This document shows, piece after piece, positions 21,199 to 30,174 of a stretch of DNA of 64,000 nt (position 1 is the first letter of the stretch; every line of letters begins with the position of its first letter). Where the stretch lies: positions 10,407-74,406 of the forward strand of contig JALWKK010000085.1 of NCBI GenBank assembly GCA_027081505.1. Reading direction: 5' to 3'. The position numbers and the translations under genes were made by a program. The notes beneath the pieces are model-generated. The model searched no databases. It was given only the letters and a program-made list of their open reading frames with translations, and had not been told where the DNA came from. The stretch comes from Flavobacteriaceae bacterium (GTDB taxonomy: Bacteria; Bacteroidota; Bacteroidia; Flavobacteriales; Flavobacteriaceae).

Positions 21199-21714
21199 TT
21201 AAAAAAACAATGCTTTTAGCTCGGTAGCATCTTTAGGATTAAGTTTCCCTGCAATAACGAGACTTAGTTGTTTTCTTCTTAGAGCGGCATTATAGCGTTC
21301 TTTTTCTATCTCGGTTTCAGGCTTTACGGGAGGCACAGGCACGGTGTTTCCTGTCTCATCTACCGCAACAAAGGTGTAGATTGCTTCGTTGGCTTTGGTT
21401 TTAATTCCGTTTTCTCGGTCTTCAATCCATACATCCATTATAATTTCCATCGAGCTGTTAAAAGCACGTGAAATTTTTGCTTCAACGGTAACTACGCTTC
21501 CTAACGGTATCATTTTATTAAAAGAAACATTATTTACCGCTACGGTTGCTACTATTCTTCTGCTGTGTCTTCTGGCAGTAATACTTGCGGCTCTATCCAT
21601 TCGGGCTAATAATTCGCCTCCAAACATATTGCCAATAGGGTTTGTTTCTCCGGGAAGCACAATGTCTGTAATGATGGTGCGAGATTCGCTGGGGGTTTTA
21701 GGAAGGAGTTTCAC
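21199..21714 (-). CDS. Acyl-CoA thioesterase (hotdog fold)
   Basis: NPIGNMFGGELLARMD, YTFVAVD. Confidence 0.93.
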   Translation of the reverse strand: MKLLPKTPSESRTIITDIVLPGETNPIGNMFGGELLARMDRAASITARRHSRRIVATVAVNNVSFNKMIPLGSVVTVEAKISRAFNSSMEIIMDVWIEDRENGIKTKANEAIYTFVAVDETGNTVPVPPVKPETEIEKERYNAALRRKQLSLVIAGKLNPKDATELKALFF

Positions 21715-21728
21715 AACTTAAAAATGGG

Positions 21729-22667
21729 TTAGTCTAAGTCTTGAACCAACATCCAAGCGTTAGGGTTTTGTGTTTTTTTAATTGTACGAAGTGCTTTTAG
21801 CGCATCGACTCTGTTTTCAAAACTTTGATAGGCTACTTGGTGTAGCCCGTATTTGTTTATACCAATTAAAGAAGCCGGATACCCTTTGGATGCGAGTTCT
21901 TTTATTTTTTTATCGGCGTTTTGGGCAATTCTAAATGCGCCCGCAATAATGTGATATTTTCCTTTTTGCTTTAAAAAAGAAAGTTTTATGGAAGGCAACG
22001 GGTTATCAATAATAAAAGTAGCTTCTTGAATTTTATTTTCGAGGAGTTTATTTGCTTTTTGTTTTTGTGCAAAGTTGTATTTTTCTATGTTTTTTTCATA
22101 AAGTTTTATTCCTCCAAAACCTCCTATGGTTAACGCTATTAGAGCAATAGCTGCATATTTTAAATAGGGCTTTGATTGTCGTTTTTCGGGAGTAAATAAG
22201 ATAGGTGTACGTTCTTCTAATGCTTCAGCTTGTTCTTTATAAATTTCTCGGGTAACTTTGGTTGAAACAAATGCGGTTAACCCGAATGATCCTGTATAAA
22301 AATTTTGGTTTTCTTCGGGTATAAACGTCACCTTGTTTTCTTTGTTAAGATGAAATTCTCCAATATTTTTAAATGTTACTGTTTTGCCTTCGGCTAACTC
22401 TAAAGAGATTTTCCCTGAAAAGTTTCTTACTTTCTGTAAAGCGGTTTGGTAATTAGAGTCTTCTACCGTGGCAATATAATTAGCCAGTAATCCATCGTTA
22501 GTTTGTAAATGCCTGTTAAACGAAACTATCTTTCTTGGAGGATAAAACGTTTGCGTTTCAGCATCAATTTTGGCACTGTAAAAATGGGTGATAAATGCTC
22601 CAAACCCCGGAACTATAACACACTCGTAACGATATAATAAATCTTTTATGTAAGATACTACTTGCAT
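21729..22667 (-). CDS. HU-CCDC81 and SPOR domain protein
   Basis: LLYRYECVIVPGFGAF N-terminus, TM, YHIIAGAF...NAW SPOR. Confidence 0.88.
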   Translation of the reverse strand: MQVVSYIKDLLYRYECVIVPGFGAFITHFYSAKIDAETQTFYPPRKIVSFNRHLQTNDGLLANYIATVEDSNYQTALQKVRNFSGKISLELAEGKTVTFKNIGEFHLNKENKVTFIPEENQNFYTGSFGLTAFVSTKVTREIYKEQAEALEERTPILFTPEKRQSKPYLKYAAIALIALTIGGFGGIKLYEKNIEKYNFAQKQKANKLLENKIQEATFIIDNPLPSIKLSFLKQKGKYHIIAGAFRIAQNADKKIKELASKGYPASLIGINKYGLHQVAYQSFENRVDALKALRTIKKTQNPNAWMLVQDLD

Positions 22668-22812
22668 AAAACAAAGATACTTTTTTATATATTTTTTTTT
22701 ACCTTTTTAGCATAAATTTATTAACAAAACGGAGGGTAAAACGGTTAACATTTGTAAGACAAGTTATTGTGAATAATATTTGTATTTTTGCAACGACTCT
22801 CCGTATTTTATT

Positions 22813-23922
22813 ATGCTTTCAAAAAAAGAATTATTATATACACTTGCACTTCAAAGAGTGGCAAATCTTGGAGATGCTTCGGCAAAAAAACTAATTGCAA
22901 AAGTGGGTTCTGCCGAAGGAGTTTTTAAAGAGAAAAAACGCAACTTGCTTAAGATAGATGGGATTGGGGCGTTTAAACTGAAAGACCTTTCTGAAAAATT
23001 ACAGATAGATGCAGCCGAAGAAGAATTGCGTTATATTGAAGAAAACAATATTTCTTTCAGTTATTTTTTAGACAATGATTATCCCGAAAATTTAAAACAT
23101 TGTTTGGACGGTCCAATTTTATTTTTTCTTTCGGGTAACATAGATTTAAAAGAAAAAAAAATAATTAGCATTGTTGGTACTCGAAAAGTAACCACCTACG
23201 GGAAATCTTTTTGCGAAAAACTCATCGCCGAAATAGCCCCTTTAAATCCGGTTATTGTGTCGGGTTTTGCTTATGGTGTTGACATTTCGGCACATATTGC
23301 GGCGATAGATAACGATTTGCAAACTATTGCTTGCTTGGCACACGGGCTGAATCAAATCTATCCAAAAAACCACAAAAAATATGTTTCGCCGGTTAAAAAA
23401 AACGGTGGGTTTATTACCGAATTTTGGAGCAGTGATGCTTTTGACCGAACAAATTTTTTGCGCCGTAACCGTATTATTGCCGGACTCTCACAGGCTACTA
23501 TTGTTATTGAATCTGCCGAAAAGGGAGGTAGTTTGGTAACGGCAGACATTGCCAACTCGTATAATCGGGATGTTTTTGCCGTTCCGGGAAGAGCTTCCGA
23601 TACCCAGAGTCAAGGTTGTAATAACCTTATAAAAACCCAACGAGCGCATTTGTTGAGCAGTGCCGCAGACATCCTGTATGTTTTGGGCTGGGAAATAGAA
23701 GAGTCTAAACCTAAAACACAACAAACACGGTTATTTGTGGGGCTAAGTCAAGAAGAAAAACCTGTTTACGATTACTTAAAAGAAGCCGGCAAAGAGCAAC
23801 TTGACATCATTGCACTGCAATGCAACATACCTACCTTTAAAGCAGCTACTATTTTACTTAACTTAGAATTAAAAGGCGTGGTAAGACCCCTTCCGGGAAA
23901 GTTGTTTGAGATTTTGGAATAG
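22813..23922 (+). CDS. dprA: DNA-processing protein DprA
   Basis: IVGTR, VSGFAYGVD, FLRRNRIIAGLS, GGSLVTA, AVPG; TATTTTTG -7 at 22783-22790 supports ATG 22813. Confidence 0.96.
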   Translation: MLSKKELLYTLALQRVANLGDASAKKLIAKVGSAEGVFKEKKRNLLKIDGIGAFKLKDLSEKLQIDAAEEELRYIEENNISFSYFLDNDYPENLKHCLDGPILFFLSGNIDLKEKKIISIVGTRKVTTYGKSFCEKLIAEIAPLNPVIVSGFAYGVDISAHIAAIDNDLQTIACLAHGLNQIYPKNHKKYVSPVKKNGGFITEFWSSDAFDRTNFLRRNRIIAGLSQATIVIESAEKGGSLVTADIANSYNRDVFAVPGRASDTQSQGCNNLIKTQRAHLLSSAADILYVLGWEIEESKPKTQQTRLFVGLSQEEKPVYDYLKEAGKEQLDIIALQCNIPTFKAATILLNLELKGVVRPLPGKLFEILE

Positions 23923-24167
23923 TTTAAAAACAGGAGCTAAAAAATTATTTTATATATAAACGCTTGATTAAAACGTTCAGAAAGTGATAGAAGAAAAGAG
24001 CTGAACATTGGTTTCTAAATCCCAATTACTAATTTTTATATACCGTGTTACTGTGCCACGTCGAGTAATACCGAATACGAATTCAATATAGTTCAATTTC
24101 AAGTTTTCTCATTGCACTATTTTTGTAACGGCATTATATAAAAATATTAAGAATAGGTATAACTTAA

Positions 24168-24521
24168 CTAATTAGAAAAAGATTGCGACTGCGTTATCAA
24201 TTTTTTACATCTGTTAACATATTCTAAATATCTTTCTTCATCCCAAAACTCGAGAGAGGTTAACAGAAAATTATCCGGCCAGAACAGCAATGTCCTTATA
24301 GATTGTTTTTTCCATTTAAAGTAGTCTGCTCTATTGTTGATTCTTTTTATACAAAAATTTTTATAAAAAGGTGTTACTACACTCCAGTATAAGAACCCGA
24401 CACTTAAAAAAATCATTAAATATTCATATCCTAATGAATATTTATAATAGGTAAAAATACCAGCGATAAATGGTACGCTAAGAAGGATGTGACCAAAAGT
24501 GATTAATTTTAAAACTTTCAT
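24168..24521 (-). CDS. Hypothetical membrane protein
   Basis: 117-aa ORF, two TM, at island edge. Confidence 0.6.
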   Translation of the reverse strand: MKVLKLITFGHILLSVPFIAGIFTYYKYSLGYEYLMIFLSVGFLYWSVVTPFYKNFCIKRINNRADYFKWKKQSIRTLLFWPDNFLLTSLEFWDEERYLEYVNRCKKLITQSQSFSN

Positions 24522-24663
24522 AATTATAAATTTTAGTGCTCTGGCAAAAATAGAACATTTTTATAACAAGCTGTAAATTTTTAGTTTTTTTTTCGGTTCT
24601 AACTGCGAAATCTTTAGCATCCGAAAAAAAACACCTAAAACTTTGGCTCGTGTGAATTGCAAA

Positions 24664-24684
24664 CCCGCCTGCGGAACGGGCAGG
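24664..24684. repeat. REP-like GC-rich imperfect palindrome CCCGCCTGCGGAACGGGCAGG
   Basis: GC-rich hairpin in an AT-rich intergenic region; resembles short Bacteroidota CCTGCC...GGCAGG repeats. Confidence 0.55.
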
Positions 24685-24705
24685 TGTGTATGGCTTTCTG
24701 TATGA

Positions 24706-25188
24706 CTAAACTACACTATTCATTCTATCAATATCTTTTTTATTATAATCCCATTTTAATACTTGTATTCTCCTATTTGGTCTAAATTCTAAAATATCTT
24801 TTCTATTAAACGAATTTAGTAATTTTGATAATGTTGTTCCCATTCCTTGCGGAGCAATTAATATTGAAAAAATTGGCAATGCAATACAAGAATAACCTAT
24901 CAATTGAGATAAATTTATTAAATTCAGTTTTGTATTCTTACATTCGACAAATACTAAATCAACTTTATCTTCATACTCAATAAAGCCTGTAATATCCTGT
25001 CTTATTTTATAAGTTGTAAATTCAGGGAAAAATTTCTGGTAATTGAGTTTTATTATAAAGTTTGACAAATCACTATCGTGGGTATCTAATACGATTATTT
25101 TTTTTGCTTTTTTTCCATATTTCTCATTCAATCGTTTATCTAACCATTGAATAATATCAGGATACATATCAATTTCCGATTTATACAT
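24706..25188 (-). CDS. Small PD-(D/E)XK nuclease, putative restriction endonuclease catalytic subunit
   Basis: N-terminal SE, RQDITG...FVECK, QLIGY (QxxxY). Confidence 0.7.
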   Translation of the reverse strand: MYKSEIDMYPDIIQWLDKRLNEKYGKKAKKIIVLDTHDSDLSNFIIKLNYQKFFPEFTTYKIRQDITGFIEYEDKVDLVFVECKNTKLNLINLSQLIGYSCIALPIFSILIAPQGMGTTLSKLLNSFNRKDILEFRPNRRIQVLKWDYNKKDIDRMNSVV

Positions 25189-25194
25189 ATTATT

Positions 25195-26094
25195 TTATTT
25201 CTTTTTTTGTTTATAACAACCTAAACACTTACAAATTTCTTTAAATCCGTCAAAATGTTTTCCTTGCAAAACATCAGGTAATTTTTCGTGTGCTTCGTGT
25301 GGGTGAGGTGTTTTTGTTGCTTTACGTTTTGTTATTCCGTCACAAAGTTTTTGGCTATTTGAAAAATTTTCTTTGTTATAGTCTGCTAATTCTTCGAGGG
25401 CTTCATTTTTATGAGAAATGTAAAAACCTACTTTCTCAAAGTCCTCGGCATAAATTTTCATTTGATGTTCTTTTGCCCAAGATGTTGATGTTGATTTTGC
25501 TTTGGGGTCTCTCATATTTGGATGTCCATATCCAATGTATTGAACAGGAACATTTAAACTCTGTAATAATTCACAAACTTGTGGCGGTAAAAACCAATTT
25601 TTATTTGAAATTTCAATATATACACGATGTTTACCTCTTTGGTCTCGATTTGAATTTCTTACGTATGCAGTGACATCTGATAAGTCTCGCAGAAACTCTT
25701 TTTTGTTTGTATCTGATGTTTCGAAAATTGGGTCAGGGATTAAGAAATCGTGATAGCTAAATCGTGTTCCATTAATCAAAAATTTAATAAACAGCCAAGA
25801 TATGTCTTCTTTTTCCCATTTTAAAACAAGTGTTATTTTGTTATCAGAAACATCTTTTCTTACATCAATTCCCATATTTTGAAGTCTTACAACAACACTA
25901 TCAAGACTTGTTTGAATATGTAATTTCTGGTCAAAAATTTTTGTGATAGCCTTTGATTGTAACGTTTTATATTCAAAATCTATGACTATCTTTTTAATTT
26001 CTGTTGAATATTGAATTTCCCCTCTTCCTGTTATCAATCCTAATAGATAAGAAATATCAGGAGTTAAAAAATTTGATATTTTATTTTTTTCCAT
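25195..26094 (-). CDS. LAGLIDADG/DOD-fold protein with degenerate catalytic motifs, putative R-M specificity subunit
   Basis: SYLLGLITGRGEI; IPDPIF...EFLRDLSDVTAYV; VCELLQSLNV; FEKVGF...K match intein-type endonuclease blocks C/D/E/H. Confidence 0.7.
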   Translation of the reverse strand: MEKNKISNFLTPDISYLLGLITGRGEIQYSTEIKKIVIDFEYKTLQSKAITKIFDQKLHIQTSLDSVVVRLQNMGIDVRKDVSDNKITLVLKWEKEDISWLFIKFLINGTRFSYHDFLIPDPIFETSDTNKKEFLRDLSDVTAYVRNSNRDQRGKHRVYIEISNKNWFLPPQVCELLQSLNVPVQYIGYGHPNMRDPKAKSTSTSWAKEHQMKIYAEDFEKVGFYISHKNEALEELADYNKENFSNSQKLCDGITKRKATKTPHPHEAHEKLPDVLQGKHFDGFKEICKCLGCYKQKKK

Positions 26095-26096
26095 AA

Positions 26097-27938
26097 TTAC
26101 TTATCCGGTTTTCTAAAAATTAATAAATACTCGTGAACCTTATTTACAATAAATTTATAAGGATATCCTAATGGTCTCATATTATTATATTCAGGTTGTC
26201 TATCCCAAATTATTATGTCTTCAAAACTAAAACCAATTTCTCTTGCAAGTATAGAAACATCCATATGCAATGGATAAAAATTACTTTTCTTTCTTAAATC
26301 CATTACATTCATTATAAAGTAACTTTTAGGTTTTAAAACTTTATATACTTCTTGTGATATATCTTTCAACGCTTTTAGGAAATCGTTGTATTCCTTAATG
26401 TTTCCGATATCATTATCTTGATTAGAATAATTTACATTAGTTTTATTATCTGCTGTTCTTTTTCTATTTAGGATATCCCAATATGGTGGAGATGTTATAC
26501 ATAAATCTACACTATTTTCTTCTAAATTCTCCGATAATTTTCTGGCATCTTTTACTATATATTTTTCGTCTAATCCATAAGAGTTAATTTTATATGATTT
26601 GCTTGCTCGTTCAATAAAAAGATGCTTATACTTTTCACTCAAATCAAAACCAATAACATCTTTTTCTTTTAATAAACCTGCAATCAAAGCTGTTCCTGAA
26701 CCTGCAAAAGGGTCAAGAATTAAACCACCATTTGGTTTGCAAAATGTGTCAATAAGTTTTGATACTAATTTGATAGTAAAAATAGCCGGGTGTTTTAATT
26801 TTTTTTCTTCTTCTGTTTTCCCTAAATCTCTCCAAATACTAAAAGAATTTTGCAACCATTCTTTACCCGATAGATTATTTGTTTTATTTACTGTTTTTTT
26901 CGGTTTAACCTTATAAACGAATTCTAATGTTAGTTGTGGGTCTTCAACTGTTTGATTAATACTTCTGTATCTTTTATGATTTGTAGTATGTGCTTCAACT
27001 TCTCCGACACGCTCTAACGCTTTAATCAGTGAATGTTGGGGAATAATCCCTTCATTACTATAACTTAAAAATATATATTTAGATTTAGCTCCATTTAAAA
27101 TTAAATCTTCAAGAGCATTCAGAGCATTTACTTTTGAACTATATTTAGATTTTTGATGTTCATATTCTCTCATTCCCGTTTTTCCATAAATTTTCGGTTC
27201 TTTATCAAACCAACCTTCCGCAATCAGTTCAAGGATAAAGTAATTTGAAGCATATTGTCTGGAATTATAAGGTGGATCAAGATATAATAAATCAGGTTTT
27301 ATTTCTTTTATTAATTGATTTGCATCTTTTTTAAATGCTTTATTTTTAGTAGTGCTTTCAATTATCGGTACTTGCTCTAATATTAAAGGTTTTAATGCCC
27401 TTTTGTCCCAATTTTTCAAATATGCAGCATAAGTTCCTGAAACATTACTAACTAAATTAACCGCTCTTAAAAGTGAAGTAATCAAATAGTAATACTCTAA
27501 TTCATTAACATATTTTAAATTTCTCCACTCTTCAAATAAATAGCGAAAGGTGTCTATTTTTAAAGCATTTTCATCTGTAAAATATTGTCTTCCTCCATTT
27601 GGGGAATAATTTTTAAAAATAAATCCTTTAATTTTTTTATCTAAATTATTCAAATAATCAAAAATAAGTTGATTGTCATCTCGAATTATTTTAAGATGTT
27701 TTTTTAGTTTTTTAAATTTGGGTTGAGTATTTAATTCGATATATGTTTTTGATAAAGCATAAGAAAACTCCAATATATCATTTGAATAAATGGTATAGCC
27801 TAATTTCTTGAAATGTCTTCCAACCGATGTTGTTCCTGCAAAAAGATCAACAAAATTCGATGTACCATTAACCCCTGTTGATTTTACAACATTTTCAATT
27901 AAAGGTAATATTTTTGTTTTAGCTCCGTAGTATCTCAT
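26097..27938 (-). CDS. Fused two-domain DNA methyltransferase (D12-class m6A + alpha-class m4C)
   Basis: N-half MRYYGAK, DLFAGT, LYLDPPYN (M.FokI-N/M.NlaIII-like); C-half HPAIF, DPFAGSGT, TSPPYW. Confidence 0.9.
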   Translation of the reverse strand: MRYYGAKTKILPLIENVVKSTGVNGTSNFVDLFAGTTSVGRHFKKLGYTIYSNDILEFSYALSKTYIELNTQPKFKKLKKHLKIIRDDNQLIFDYLNNLDKKIKGFIFKNYSPNGGRQYFTDENALKIDTFRYLFEEWRNLKYVNELEYYYLITSLLRAVNLVSNVSGTYAAYLKNWDKRALKPLILEQVPIIESTTKNKAFKKDANQLIKEIKPDLLYLDPPYNSRQYASNYFILELIAEGWFDKEPKIYGKTGMREYEHQKSKYSSKVNALNALEDLILNGAKSKYIFLSYSNEGIIPQHSLIKALERVGEVEAHTTNHKRYRSINQTVEDPQLTLEFVYKVKPKKTVNKTNNLSGKEWLQNSFSIWRDLGKTEEEKKLKHPAIFTIKLVSKLIDTFCKPNGGLILDPFAGSGTALIAGLLKEKDVIGFDLSEKYKHLFIERASKSYKINSYGLDEKYIVKDARKLSENLEENSVDLCITSPPYWDILNRKRTADNKTNVNYSNQDNDIGNIKEYNDFLKALKDISQEVYKVLKPKSYFIMNVMDLRKKSNFYPLHMDVSILAREIGFSFEDIIIWDRQPEYNNMRPLGYPYKFIVNKVHEYLLIFRKPDK

Positions 27939-27949
27939 TTTGTTTCCTT

Positions 27950-28276
27950 TTATAAATTTAAATTTCCTTGCTTTACAAACTTTTGCTTCAAATATTTAAC
28001 TTTCTTTTCAGCAAGATTTAAAACATTTTCAGAACAATTACTTTTATATATTTTAAAAGCGATTTGTTCACTAATAAATTCTTCTTTTAATTCAGATAAA
28101 TCTAATTGAAAAATCTCTGCAATTTTAGGTAAAACCTTTTCGTCTAATTCTTTTTTACCATTTTCAATTTTACTCAAAGCTCCGCTGTCAACACCAATAT
28201 ATGCTCCTAATTGAGTTAATGTAAGACCTTTTTGAGTTCTTAATCGTCTAATATATTCGCCAAATGTTTCTTTCAT
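27950..28276 (-). CDS. XRE helix-turn-helix regulator heading the R-M operon
   Basis: FGEYIRRLR..GLTLTQLG..LSKIENG. Confidence 0.9.
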   Translation of the reverse strand: MKETFGEYIRRLRTQKGLTLTQLGAYIGVDSGALSKIENGKKELDEKVLPKIAEIFQLDLSELKEEFISEQIAFKIYKSNCSENVLNLAEKKVKYLKQKFVKQGNLNL

Positions 28277-28574
28277 CTTGTAATATTTATCTTGCGTAAT
28301 TCATCTTGATAAAAATAGCAAAATTATTTAGAACATAAACATTTTTTTCAACAATTGTGTGTTGGCAAAAAATAGCTCTTTTGCAATTTTAGGTTTGAGC
28401 GTAGGATTGTGCGAATTGCAAACGTGCTATTTGGTGGTGGGAATATCTTTTTTATTGTTTTCTTGTAGCAAATTTATCATTCTCGGTTTCTGTTTCAGCT
28501 TGCTCCTAACATCAGTATAAGAAATATCATTAATCGAAAAATCTTTTATCTACAACAAAATCTCATGTGTTTTA

Positions 28575-29429
28575 CTAATAAGTAGTTGTCATATTTTCAT
28601 CTACAACAATAATAAAATTAGCTTTTCCTTTATTTTCTTCTAAAAGAGAAAAGACATCTTCTTGCGAAACGGTAGTAACGCTGGCGTATTTTAAATTGGG
28701 TTTGCTTTGTTTTAAATACCACATAATTCCTTCAAAATAATCGGAATGATACGAGCCGTTATAATGAATAAACAGATTGCCCGGAATATAATTTTGTAAA
28801 ATAAAATGAGCCATAGTTGCATCTTTACTTGCTTGTGCCATAACAAGTTTTGGGCTTCCGTGGTCGCCCATCATTTTTAAAATATTTTTATAAGTGGGTA
28901 ATTCGCTATCAAAAGGAAATGGAAGAGGAGCCACCCATTTTTTTTCTTTATCGGTTAGTGTGTCTAATGCTTGAAAACCTTTTTTATATACCTCTTGTGC
29001 AAATCTTCGCGGGATGTTGGTAGCAATAAACTGTAGTTTGTTGTCTTTTGCAAAGTCGATTAAAGGTTTGTAATCTGTTTTGTAGTTGGGCCACAAACGA
29101 GCAAGCGTATCCAATGCTTTTTGATTAATTTTTCCGTTAAGATAATCGTTTAATTCGTCTTGATTATCCGCTTCCATCATTTCGGCACCAAGTATAAGAT
29201 TTCTTGATTTATTTAGGCTTTCGGTTACTTCGTATTCTAACCAATGAGAAATGGGATTGTTATGCAATTCACCAAATAGAACAATATCTTTTTTTGCTAA
29301 TTCTTTTAGCATTTTTTTATATGAAACTTTTTTTCCTTTGGCATTATAAATTACGTAAGGGGCTTTGTTTTGTGCAAAAATCCCGGTTTGAAAGATAAAA
29401 ACGACTACTATTACAATTATTTTTTTCAT
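28575..29429 (-). CDS. ChaN family (iron/heme-uptake related) protein
   Basis: FGELHNN, GAEM, ATNIPR, QASKDATMA, GSYHSD. Confidence 0.85.
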   Translation of the reverse strand: MKKIIVIVVVFIFQTGIFAQNKAPYVIYNAKGKKVSYKKMLKELAKKDIVLFGELHNNPISHWLEYEVTESLNKSRNLILGAEMMEADNQDELNDYLNGKINQKALDTLARLWPNYKTDYKPLIDFAKDNKLQFIATNIPRRFAQEVYKKGFQALDTLTDKEKKWVAPLPFPFDSELPTYKNILKMMGDHGSPKLVMAQASKDATMAHFILQNYIPGNLFIHYNGSYHSDYFEGIMWYLKQSKPNLKYASVTTVSQEDVFSLLEENKGKANFIIVVDENMTTTY

Positions 29430-29602
29430 TTTTTTGGTATAAAAATAAGGCTGTCTGAAAAAGTCTTTATTTTGTTATTTAGGGCTTCTTCTCTGTCAAA
29501 GGCAAATCGGAATGATACTTTTTTAGCTAACCTCAATTGGTTTAAAGGCAACAAATATATTTCTTTTTTATTTGGTTAATTGTTAAAGTTTTCTTGTATT
29601 TT

Positions 29603-29877
29603 TTATTCTGAAAGCCATTCCCAAGCTTTGTCAATTTGGTCTAACTCAAAATACTTTTCTTTAAATTTGGTAAAAATATCGTCTAACACAATTAGGCTTC
29701 CCCACTTTTTATTATCGTCTATGTAGGCTATTTTGTTTATCTTGTTCCAATATTTAATCCCCATTGCTATTCCTTTATCGATTACATCCAGTTCTTCTAC
29801 GGTAAGATATTCTTCAATATCATAAACTAAGGTGTCTGCTCGTAGTGATTTTATTTCTTTAATCTTTGTTTGAAGTT
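29603..29877 (-). pseudogene. STAS/SEC14 (SpoIIAA-like) gene remnant
   Basis: Open frame IKEIKSLRADTLVYDI...GIKYWNKINKIAYI...KYFELDQIDKAWEWLSE*, no ATG at expected start, appears shortened internally. Confidence 0.55.
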
Positions 29878-30174
29878 TTAAAAAGTTTCGTAAAACCGTA
29901 ATTTATTTTTAAGCACTTGCATTTCCTGTTGTAATTCTTCAATTTGTTGTAATAAGTTGTTTACAACATCCAATCCTTCAAAATTTACGTTTAAATCAAA
30001 ATGCATTCGCATCATTTTTTCGATTGAAGAAATAGTATCTATATCAAGATAGTTTGTATCTTCTTCGGGGATTACGGTTATCAAATCATATTCTACTAGC
30101 GAATCGATAAAAGTGTTAGGAATGTTATAATGTACACAAAATTGCTCTACCGATATTAAATTATCTTTTTTCAT
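29878..30174 (-). CDS. cbpM: Chaperone modulator CbpM
   Basis: MerR-like, RMHFDLNVNFEG, follows cbpA. Confidence 0.9.
   Translation of the reverse strand: MKKDNLISVEQFCVHYNIPNTFIDSLVEYDLITVIPEEDTNYLDIDTISSIEKMMRMHFDLNVNFEGLDVVNNLLQQIEELQQEMQVLKNKLRFYETF

Noticed and set aside
25195-26094. Intein or active homing endonuclease
   Set aside because: Free-standing ORF with no splicing motifs (no C/S start, no HN end), no host gene, and catalytic acids missing
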